Shown here: positions 50,429-61,030 of the stretch, piece by piece
Position numbering within the stretch: position 1 is the first letter of the stretch
Layout: each line of letters opens with the position of its first letter
Assembly (NCBI RefSeq): GCF_006345805.1
Contig: NC_043003.1
Coordinates: 30,132,001 to 30,196,000, forward strand
DNA: 64,000 nucleotides
Reading direction: 5' to 3'
Origin: Octopus sinensis
Lineage: Eukaryota
Translations under genes and position numbers: made by a program
The notes under the pieces: model-generated
The model's input: only the letters and a program-made list of their open reading frames with translations
What the model was told of the DNA's origin: nothing
Database searches by the model: none

Positions 50429-52999
50429 CCATCACTTGTAATTTATGATGAAGAAATTCTAAAGATGGCAGAATCATTAGAATATAAGTAAAAATGCTTT
50501 GTGATATTTTTCTAAATGTTCTAGTTCAAATCCTACCAAGGCCCACTTAGCCTTTCACCCTTCTGAGGTCAATAAAAAATATAGTGCAAGTCAAGTACTG
50601 TGGTTGATGGTACCAATAACCATTTTCTTTTAAAAATTGTTGACCTTATGCTTAAATTAGAAGCCATTATTAGTAAGTTCTAAATGGTGGATGCAATAAA
50701 TACTTCCATAACAAGCTACTGACAAAGTAGATTTATTTTACTACAGGATAAAACCTGCTTTGATATCTTGTGAATTTCAGTTTATTATATTACTTTTTTA
50801 ATGATTAGCTGAAGAAGCATGCTTTGTTTAATTGATTCTGTGAGTTTATATTTCAACATTGTACAACATTTTATATATTATTGTATTTTATTTCTCTCAC
50901 TCGATTTGAAAAATTATGAAATTGTAAGCAGTGATGTAGCATGGGTAAGGCCATAGAGGCAGTTATCTGGGTGCAAAATTTAAAAAGAAAAAAAAAGAAA
51001 AATTTTTTTAAAATAGCACTCTCCCCAACAGTACTTGTTTTGCCACTGGTACTAGCAACACATACTATACCACTATTTGTAAACTAGGACTTTTGTAACT
51101 TCTCTATTACTTTGATCACCTGCAAGTAAGGATAGTTTAAGAATAATCATAAATATATTTAAATTATAGTCTCAGGTTTCCAGCATATGGTTAAATAATT
51201 GCCATCAACTTCTGTTTCATTTTATGTGGGCACTTATATGAGAAATAGAAGCTAAATATCCCTCATAACACTCTTATCATGTTAAATAAAGATTTGAAAA
51301 AGATATTGTTTTGCTGCAGTTAAGATGGCATGTGTGGAACGTAAATATACAGCCAAATATTAAGTCCACTTTCGTTAATCAAGTGCTAACAAAGAGCATG
51401 GTCTGTTATGAAGACTTATCAACCTCTCTTTTGGTCATTGAAGAGTAGGTGTGTGAAGGTAGAATTTTTATCTTTAGCTGCCCCTATCACTTTTACTATA
51501 TCTTTCTCCCAAACAGTACGGTGATGAAACAAAACTACTATTTTTCTTATATTATGTCGTGACCCTTCTACAACCAGAGAAAAATCAAGAGGTCAACTTA
51601 TTCACATTAATTTCTGAGCACAGAAGCGAGAAAATAATAGATTTAAGATTTGCTTGACAATGTTGAGAAAAGTGGATTTGGTTATACTCCAATTAGCTAT
51701 AGCTAGAGTATACTGTAGCTGTTTTGCTATATCACTCATCTTCCCAGATAATTTGCTGGAGGCAAAGGATCATTACTAGGAAAACTTGCAGGAACGTTAA
51801 CTACGTGAAAATTGAAAAACGTTCAAAATTGTGAATGAAAAGTATTAAATTGCAGGTAGATGTGATGCAAAACCACGAAAAATAGTGGATATCAGGAGAG
51901 AGAATCTGAGGTGATGTATATGGAACTGGTCAATCCAAGGATATAAAAAATGGCATTTGCCCAAGATACCACCCAGTGAATGAAACCCAGGACTCCGTAG
52001 TGAGTCTGGATAGTTCAATGTTGCTTTATGTGTATTGGCAGCACTGAGTATGCACGTGATTCATTAATGAGCTGTGTATACATATGTGAGAACAGTGCAG
52101 CTGCAGACTTTCTGAGACAAGAAAGTGCATTCCCAATCCATGATATATTTTTTAAATTTTCAAGCAGAAGTGTGCTCACTGTGCCTTGAAAGAATTGCAG
52201 AGGCCAAGTGGGTCTGGCATTGTGGGCGTAGACTTTTGCAGTGCGAATGACATGCTGGGCGTTAAGAGCCAAATTTTCTCTATTTAACTGTGACCATCCA
52301 CGGGTGTTACAGAGGTAAGTTGTATCTGGAAACAAGGCGCTGAAAGCATGATGAGACATCCGATGTGCGTTGAGCCGGAAAAGGAGCTGAATAGGTACAG
52401 ACATGGAAAAACAAGTCAATGAAAACACGTGCATGTGTGTAACTGGGTGTAGGCATGCACACATGTATGTATGAACGTTGTAGTGGAAAGATTAAATAAC
52501 CCACGGAAAATTAAGTAAATCTGCGGAAGCAGCAAACATTCAAAAGAAAACATGCAACCCGTGTTGAGAAAAGTGGATCTGGTTTCGAATAGGCTTTTCT
52601 ATACTGTAGCTGTTCACTACAGTTATGTAGTTAAAAAGTTGCAGGTAGCCGAAATTAAAGCATAAATTAAATTGAAATATACATGCACTTTGTTCTAATT
52701 GCATCTAACAACACATTTACGATTCATAGCCTAAACATATCTAGAATTTTCGGCACAACTTAAACACAGAGATTCCGATATATTTATGTAACGATATGAA
52801 GAGAAGGTAATCTAGTTTTACCAAAACTACTGTTAAAGTGTTAGGGTTATGTGAAGTCAGAGTAGTTTTGGTAAAAGTATATTACCTCCCCGTTATATAG
52901 GTGCGTCGGCACTTCTGTAATTAAGTAGTAGCGAATTTTCTCCTGCAATATTTTTTTAGGGGGAAAAAACAATGTTAGTCATTGACTAATACATATCTT

Positions 53000-53385
53000 G
53001 GGTCTTTTCGGTTTGTACGGCAGTTTTTTTCTAGCGGTGTCATATGAAATTGTCACCCATAATTATGACCCTAGTATCGATGTATTGCATTTCAATCTGT
53101 TTTAGGGTTATGGTCAGGGGGGGGGGTATCTTTTTTTCTTCACAAATGTAAATAAACCCAATCTGTTTCTTAAACGAGGGACATGTTCATACGGCACAGA
53201 ATGTTTTTTTACTTCAATAGATGTATTTGATTGGTTGAAATTGAAGAAAAATAAAAAAAAATATCTTACAAGCTATAGAATTTTCTCAATAAAGCCAAGA
53301 GTACATTCTACCAGTATACGAAGTTTAAAATTTTTTAGTAACCTAGAAATTATGTTAAAAACTGCCGTTCAAACCGAAAAGATCC
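53000..53385. mobile_element. MITE, ~29-bp TIRs, 8-bp TSD CATATCTT
   Basis: Left end gggtcttttcggtttgtacggcagttttt; right end reverse complement ggatcttttcggtttgaacggcagttttt. CATATCTT lies at 52992-52999 and 53386-53393. Confidence 0.8.
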
Positions 53386-53488
53386 CATATCTTTTTTTTT
53401 TCCCCCCTTTACTGCCACAATTATTTTATAGTACACTTTCTAGTGTTCTCCACAGTAAAAATGTTGACGCTCACTTTTTTGTCGATAG

Positions 53489-53507
53489 TACGAAAGTACG
53501 GCTGATG
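53489..53507 (+). promoter_or_regulatory. Conserved upstream motif of paralogue 5 (TACGAAAGTACGGCTGATG)
   Basis: ~130 bp upstream of donor CA|GTAAGT at 53637, which is followed by the conserved intronic gtaacaactcacaatatgta block. Confidence 0.7.
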
Positions 53508-54376
53508 ATGTGATGCAGTGTATCAAATTTCGTCTTATAATTTTCTTTTCTGCGTTATTGAAATTTATCGGATGGCCACGAACAAGATATAATCTCTTCA
53601 TCTCCCAGTATTATGACACTAAATAATGAGAAAACAGTAAGTTATCTGACGTTGTAACAACTCACAATATGTACGCATTAATGGTGAGGTATTATTTACA
53701 TCCTAATTTAATTTCTATTCAAATGTAAACGTTAGTGATTTCCAATTTTGAAAACTATTTGCGGACACTTAAGTATTCTAACTTTGTTATTAGTTGCATA
53801 TTGTCGCAATATTTCCCAAACAAAGGCGTCAGTACTAACTGCTATCTAGACTATCGGATTATACTCACTGGATGATCTATAATGTTTAAAATTTTCGTTG
53901 TTCGTTAATTCACCTGTCAAGTCTTTGATCAGACTTGCGTTAAGTAACGTTGTAATTGAAAATAATTAAATGAAAATGTACATTTTGGTAATCATCATTA
54001 ATAAGTTGCTGAATACATTTCTTTCTCACTTGTTCTGTCAGAGAACTACTGAAATGTTAGTCAGGTGCTAATAAAGACACATTGGACCCATGTTTCCTTT
54101 GTATCTACTTATAGCACTTTTTTATGCACTCAATAGAAAGCACTTGTAGTAACACACACACACACACACATCGCAAGCATATATATCGTCATCGTTTAAA
54201 CATTCACTTTACCATGCTGCACGAGTCAGATGGATTTTTGTTGACGCAGATTTTCTACGACCAGAGGCCCATGTTTTCAAGCGTGGTAGTATTTCCCCAA
54301 GGCCAGGTATATTTTTACAGATGATTAGAAACAAACGATACCACTTTTATAAATACGCGCGCACACACACGTGTTA

Positions 54377-54408
<32 letters not shown>

Positions 54409-54888
54409 ATGTATATTTATATTTAATGTAGGATAAAATTTTTTCGAAAAATTTTTTTATCAATGGCCAGTATATTAAAAAAATACCTTTAAAGGTTAAA
54501 GTTATAAACAACTTATAAATAAGGGCAAACGAAAAAATTTCTAATGCCAAATATGCCGAAATTGGACATATTGTCTATAACCACATAATTTTTCACAATA
54601 CGCACGCTACTCGAAAAAAGGTCGACAGAAATTTCTAAAGAATTCCATTGTTACCATATCGGACCGATTTCAGGGTTAGTTCATAAAAACCCTCCCTTCG
54701 TCAGTGATAAATGTGGCAAAGAAATAAATGAGATACTTACTCATACCCATGGAAGAAACAAAATACTAAGTACCCCAAATACATCCAAAATAGAAATACT
54801 CCAGCCCATTCAAGACACGTGTGATTTGGAAGCATAAGAAAAATTTATCAAATTTTAAAAACTTTTCTTACAAAATATAAAGAAATAT

Positions 54889-54963
54889 ATGGAGGTGAAA
54901 CTTTATGTGAATCAGGTTTGTGATCAAGCACAGCCTGAAACTAATGACATCAAATATGTGTAG
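54889..54963 (+). other. Ancestral N-terminus of paralogue 5, now a 24-codon out-of-frame uORF
   Basis: [24 protein letters not shown] aligns with MEDKLEESQACDKTQPESSDV. A net 7-nt loss relative to paralogue 4 shifts the frame before CVDPQKKSY. Confidence 0.75.
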
Positions 54964-55040
54964 ATCCACAGAAGAAATCATATCTCTTGAACATTATTAA
55001 GAAAACATTCACACAATCAAATGCCATATTGAAACAAAAA

Positions 55041-56594
55041 ATGTTTCCGAAATGTTGGAAGAAGAAATATATTTACAGTAAAACAATTAATAAACTCTCT
55101 AAGAGTACTTTAACAAGTCAGAAAGTTTGTAAATGCTCAGTATGTGGTAAAATATTTTCTCAAAATTGCCACATGACTAAACACAAGTGTATACACAAAA
55201 GCAAGAAAAAACACTATTGTGATATCTGTGGCAGAACCTTCTCTGAGAGCAGTACTTTGACTAATCATAAACGTATTCATACTGGTGAAAAGCCATACCA
55301 CTGTGATATTTGCAGTAGAACATTCACTCAGTATGGTCATTTGAGTAGACATAAATATACTCACTCAGGTGAGAAACCATATAACTGTGATATATGTGGA
55401 AAATCATTCTCTCAGAGTGATAAATTAGCTATTCACAAACGTATTCACACAGGCGAAAAACCATATCAGTGTGGTATTTGTGCTAAAACATTTTCTCGAA
55501 GTTCTGATTTGAATAGACACAAGGACATTCACACAATTGAGAAGCCATACCACTGTGATGTCTGTGGGAAAACCTTCTCTAGAAGAAGTAATATGACTAA
55601 CCACCAACGTACTCACACAGGTGTGAAACCATACTACTGTGAAATCTGTGGAAAAACATTCTCTAGTAAATTATCTACACACAAACGAATCCACACAGGT
55701 GAGAAACCATACCACTGTGATATATGTGGAAAAAAATTCTCTCAGAATGGTCATTTAACTCAGCATTTACGTGTTCACACAGGTGAGAAACCATACCACT
55801 GTGATATTTGCAGTAGAACATTCACTCAGTATGGTCATTTGAGTAGACATAAATATACTCACTCAGGTGAGAAACCATATAACTGTGATATATGTGGAAA
55901 ATCATTCTCTCAGAGTGATAAATTAGCTATTCACAAACGTATTCACACAGGCGAAAAACCATATCAGTGTGGTATTTGTGCTAAAACATTTTCTCGAAGT
56001 TCTGATTTGAATAGACACAAGGACATTCACACAATTGAGAAGCCATACCACTGTGATGTCTGTGGGAAAACCTTCTCTAGAAGAAGTAATATGACTAACC
56101 ACCAACGTACTCACACAGGTGTGAAACCATACTACTGTGAAATCTGTGGAAAAACATTCTCTAGTAAATTATCTACACACAAACGAATCCACACAGGTGA
56201 GAAACCATACCACTGTGATATATGTGGAAAAAAATTCTCTCAGAATGGTCATTTAACTCAGCATTTACGTGTTCACACAGGTGAGAAACCATACCACTGT
56301 GATATTTGTGGTAAAACATTTTCTCAAAGTAGTCATTTAACACTTCATGTACGTGGTCACACAGGCGAGAAACCATATAGTTGTGATATTTGTGGTAAAA
56401 CATTTTATGATAATCAGAGTTTAACTCGTCACATACCTGTTCACACAGGTGAGAAACCATATCATTGTGATATCTGTGATAAAACTTTCTCTAAGAAAAA
56501 GATTTTGACTAATCATAAGCAAAAAGCACATAAAAAGCAAACCATAAAACAAGAGAATAAGTTGGAAGAATTTGTACAAATTATTACTTCATGA
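55041..56594 (+). CDS. C2H2 zinc-finger protein, paralogue 5 (17 fingers; first in-frame ATG 55041; possibly a pseudogene)
   Basis: The ORF track starts at a TTG (54987). Arrangement is 2 fingers + a 6-finger block twice + 3 fingers (QSSHLTL, DNQSLTR, KKKILTN). Confidence 0.8.
   Translation: MFPKCWKKKYIYSKTINKLSKSTLTSQKVCKCSVCGKIFSQNCHMTKHKCIHKSKKKHYCDICGRTFSESSTLTNHKRIHTGEKPYHCDICSRTFTQYGHLSRHKYTHSGEKPYNCDICGKSFSQSDKLAIHKRIHTGEKPYQCGICAKTFSRSSDLNRHKDIHTIEKPYHCDVCGKTFSRRSNMTNHQRTHTGVKPYYCEICGKTFSSKLSTHKRIHTGEKPYHCDICGKKFSQNGHLTQHLRVHTGEKPYHCDICSRTFTQYGHLSRHKYTHSGEKPYNCDICGKSFSQSDKLAIHKRIHTGEKPYQCGICAKTFSRSSDLNRHKDIHTIEKPYHCDVCGKTFSRRSNMTNHQRTHTGVKPYYCEICGKTFSSKLSTHKRIHTGEKPYHCDICGKKFSQNGHLTQHLRVHTGEKPYHCDICGKTFSQSSHLTLHVRGHTGEKPYSCDICGKTFYDNQSLTRHIPVHTGEKPYHCDICDKTFSKKKILTNHKQKAHKKQTIKQENKLEEFVQIITS
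55293..56308 (+). repeat. Perfect 498-bp tandem duplication inside paralogue 5
   Basis: 55293-55810 matches 55791-56308 with no difference found by eye; 166 codons = six fingers. Confidence 0.95.
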
Positions 56595-57199
56595 AGTATA
56601 AAACATACAACAGAACTGTATTGAAAGTGGAGGAAGGTAGACAAGAGTCGTATGTTCATTCAACCATAACATTTTTCTTCCAGAACTTTCTTCAACACAG
56701 TACTGGAACTGAATGTAAATTTACATATGTTTACGTAACTAGCTTACAGAAGGTTTGTGTAAATAACAAAGTTATAATGTTTTATAATTAAACTTTATAT
56801 AAACCTCTTCATTGATTCAATTTGGTATAAAATTAATATCTGATCTGATCACACTGACGTCTGTCACTATTTTGATGTTAAACAGTTGATAATTGTGACA
56901 GTTACTTTTGCCTCTGTGGATTAAAATTCCAATAATCTTGAAAAGCCATTTCATCAGCTCTTTCAGCCAAATATAAGTTTGTGATTTTGGAAGAAGAGTG
57001 ATTAATTATAAAAGTCCAACATTAATTTAAATAGATTCTTTGTAGGTTATTGTGTTCAAATTGTCAAATATATTTGAAAAGACATAAATGAATGATATTT
57101 AGAATAGAGCAATGACTTGATGAAGATGACAGGGAAGGAGAAATCTGACTCAATGGAATTAGTAGCATCTGTTTAAACATAGTTATAGCATAGCCACTT

Positions 57200-57560
57200 A
57201 TTCACTCAGGCCCTTGGCTCTTCCTAGGGCACAGGCCATAATAATCTCTTTTCACTTACTCTTGTCCTAGGATATCCCCTCTAGTTTCCCCCCAGTTCCA
57301 TCTTGATCTTCTCACTCTTCTTCAGGATACATTGCAAGAAGTTCCTTGGGCTTCCTTTTATCCTTAGAGTTATACCTTAATAATTGCCTAGCAACATTGT
57401 ATTAAACCTCTTCGAAGAGTTACCCAATCCAGTGCCACTTTCTTTATAAAATAGGGGGTGTTGGTTTGCTTCCACAAGACTATGTTTCTGCAATGCTTCA
57501 TTCTCCCTTTGCAAGATCCATCTGATCCCCAAGTCTGTGAAACTTATCTAACACAGTAAG
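57200..57560 (-). mobile_element. Probable old RTE LINE 3' fragment
   Basis: Weak translation GSPRNFLQ...LCPRKSQG resembling the RTE C-terminal GRP...LCP tail. Confidence 0.4.
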
Positions 57561-59958
57561 GTGACAGTCCATGCGGGTGTATGGGATAGCATCTTGTTAA
57601 AAAATAACATGCTACAAACCAGTGATTAACTTTATACTCAGAGCAGGATCCAAACCAAGCAATTAGCACCGTAACTGAAATAGTTTTATGAAATGAGAAA
57701 CATGTTGAAAGGAGCAGAAAGATAAGGGTAACACAAGAGACTACCTAGAGATTAAACTGGATAAATGTCACACATACTATGCTAGGAGAATAAAAAATAA
57801 CTGTATTACATCAGTAGAATGTCATGGGTGAAGTGTAAAACAGTAATCCATGTGGACCACAATAAATGTTCTTGTGAGAAAATTGATTTGATTTTCTTTC
57901 AATTACCTAAATTTTATTTAAATATCTCATCATTAACTTAACTTACATTATTATGAAAATATGGCTGATGATTTGATACATGAATTAGTTTAGTTTTAAA
58001 AAATATCAATTCTTTCTTATTATGAAAGTTTTCCAAATGATAATGTTGGAGTTATGTCTTGTAATATCTACACCATCTGAGAGTGAATGTAGTTGTGATG
58101 CAATCAGTTGAGGGTCTAGCTGCAGTGAGCAATACAGAGATGGTTTGTAAGTCAGTTGACATAGCAGGAAAAGTTTACAGCTTCTTCAAAAATAGTTGAT
58201 ATGTTAAGATCATGAGGTTTGGGTTTGATGCGCTTCAGATAAATTGTGTGCTAAAAAGATCCTAATGAACTGGAATTACCCCTCAAAATTTGAGAATCTC
58301 AGGAGGAGGGAATAAAAGATTTAAATCAAGTTGTTGTTGTTTTTTTTTTGTTTTTTGCTTAGTCATACAAGATTGAGTTTGTAGAACACAAATTCGAAAA
58401 AAATCTAAAATAGTTACGACTGGTGGAGTAGTGTGCTTCTATCAGAACTCCACCGACAGAGAAAATAGTAAGTTAATTTATCATTGGTGTATTGTTAAGT
58501 ATGATGTTTCAGTATTTGTAGTGTACAGGACTGGCCCAGCACTACAACATTACATAAACAAGATCATTGAGGGTCCCAGAAAAAATATAACACTTTTGGG
58601 ATGATGTATTGATAGATCACATTTTTTCTAGCCAGAACCCCTAATATCCATATCTGTCAATGAATAATTGCCATAGTTGTATGAACTATGCTATAGCAGT
58701 GTCTGAAAATTGAATCATCATCAGCTAAACTAGAGATACAATAGCGTGTGCTATTTTTTATATTCTACGTTTTTTTTATGTATTCAATAAAGAACCATAA
58801 CTAGGAGAAGGAAATGCTCATTGAGGGACTAACATAACATGTTGTATACCCTGACATCAGTACGACTCAAATATACATTTCTGTTGTAGCAACTGTCATA
58901 TGGTAAGCAAACAGCTGAGGTGCAAAACCCTAATTAAGGCAGAGTATTTTACTACACATCCAGAAGTATTTATATAAAATCCACTAAGCTTCAATAGGAG
59001 GAAATTGCCAGATAAACCTTTATATTTACATACACACAGAAATACATCATCAGAATTAAAAACCTTGGATATTCAGAACAGTGCAGCAAAAAAGTAACCT
59101 CAGATTCATCACCCTTGATAATTGTTTCAACAGCCATTACATATTGGACACCAGTCACGGTGGTAACTAGAAAAAGAAAATAAATTGATAAAATATTAAC
59201 TTCATGAAGACATCATTACCACCTGCCTACTTTTATTAGCGCCACACCAAAAGCTGTGTATAATTTGGGAGGTTTTTCTGTCACAAACTGCATATCAGGT
59301 CACAGCATTTATAGTATACTAAGATATGTGTATAGTGTATTCCTTCTCTCAATCTTCATGTTTTGTATGTTCAATGCCTACTGATATAATTTACAATTAA
59401 ATGTTAAAATAATCTCATTTATTTTAAAGCACTTTTAAGATTAATAACAGAACATTTACTAATAGTGTGACTATATTGAAAGTAGACTTAAACTTTTTGC
59501 AACAATCAAGTTGAGTTGATGAACATACCAATAGGTAAAACTTAGACTCAGTCAACTTGATCTTCAAAATAAAGATATTTAACTATAGCTATCCTTTGCA
59601 AAGTTTCTCACAATGAAATATTGTTAATTTGATATAATTATGCATATTTCATTCAGTTCTCTTAACAAAACTAATTTATATGGATAATAGGTGTGTATCA
59701 TCATATTTAACACATTTGTGCACATTAAAACATGAAAAGACCTCTGCTGCAAAAACTGGTGAGAAATTCCCTTAATAGATATTGGGCTATGAATGATGTT
59801 ATTGAACTGCACGCCATGTGTTTATGCCATCATTATGCTTCATCCATTATTCACAGCTCATTATCAACTACCACTCTTACATTTAAACAGCATTTATAGT
59901 ATACTAAAGAATGGATAATCAGAAGTTATAGGATGGTAGTGGCTCTGGGTGCAACATA

Positions 59959-61030
59959 CACTACCGTCAGAAATTAATTAGCACCCTTGATTTGCTCTTC
60001 ATTCAAGGTATGTGCTGTCACCTAGTGGCCATATCTCGAACTATTGCCTTGTTGCGAGTTCACTGTTGCACAGAACGGTGACGGAACTTTGTTTGCAGAG
60101 CGGTTTGAGAGTCTACAGCCTAATGATGTTGACATAGCAGTGCAACAACAACTTGGAGTGCGGATGCAGACAAATCTTCCTTTGTTTAATAGATATAGGT
60201 AGCGCCTCGCAAGGACCGGAATCACACCATACTAAGTTTTCTCATCGCATAAGACGTTTTGAACAGCTCATAGGTTAATTGATTTGTGTATTTGCAAGAT
60301 TTTTTTTCCTCACAAATTCTCCTACACTCTGCTTCGTGACGTCACTTCCGGTTCACAAAACTTTCTGTTATACATCAAATAAGGTGAGAAATTCTGCTTT
60401 CTTTCTTTTTTGTTTAATGAATAATAACTCATAGCAGTTTTGTTATAGCATAACATTATTCAAATGAATAGTTTTAATGAAAATAACTGGTTTTTATTGT
60501 TCATTCCTAGATGGGCCCAAGACCTCGCATGACCTTGGAGAGACGGTACGAGGCTCTCTCGTGGCGTGGGAAGCTGTCGGAGGCTGCAATAGCCAGAAAA
60601 CTTGGTGTAGCCAGGCGCACAATTCAGTGCTTATTTAAGAAATACGAGGAAACCGGATCAGCAGCTGACAAAAAGGGTAGGGGGCGGAAGAGGCTGACGA
60701 CCCAGCGGGAGGACCGGATGCTGATCCGAAAGTCACTGAACAACCGAAGGGCAACTGGCGGAGGAGATGCAAAAGGTGACAGGGAAGCAGTTGTCTACAA
60801 CCACCGTCAAGACCAGATTACTGGAAGCTGGTCTAAAATCCTGTAGGGCCGCTCCTTACAGCCCAAAACTGGATATTGACTAAATTTCACGATTAATAAC
60901 AATTATGTGGTATGCTGGGATATGTTTTAATAAATTTTTGATTAAAAACGAGTTCGTTTCTGATAATAAGTTAATTAAATTAAGAAAATGTAGAAATTTG
61001 AGAAGTGCTAATTAATTTCTGACGCAAGTG
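59959..61030 (+). mobile_element. Tc1-like DNA transposon, internally deleted (non-autonomous), 1072 bp
   Basis: 26-bp TIRs (cactaccgtcagaaattaattagcac / gtgctaattaatttctgacgcaagtg, 2 mismatches) with TA on both sides. ORF 60511 encodes a paired-like HTH and GRGRKRLTT hook; a frameshifted LAEEMQKV...TVKTRLLEAGL second HTH follows. No DDE domain. Confidence 0.9.
60337..60351 (-). promoter_or_regulatory. Overlapping ETS-CRE motif (CCGGAAGTGACGTCA) in the Tc1 5' region
   Basis: Plus strand TGACGTCACTTCCGG, 33 bp upstream of an AG|GTGAGA donor whose predicted intron (60384-60510) ends at CCTAG directly before the ATG. Confidence 0.65.

Noticed and set aside
52841-52846. Isolated TTAGGG hexamers (also ~78, 44255, 53102)
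   Set aside because: Single copies are expected by chance; there is no telomeric array.
4233-56460. Many short ORFs antisense to, or out of frame with, the ZNF genes (MFYHKYHS..., MVSHLCE...)
   Set aside because: They are shadows of the periodic 84-bp finger codons and have no independent coding evidence.
4180-56594. 84-bp periodic repeats with variable interiors that superficially resemble a CRISPR array
   Set aside because: The repeats are in-frame finger linkers in a eukaryotic gene, and no cas genes are present.
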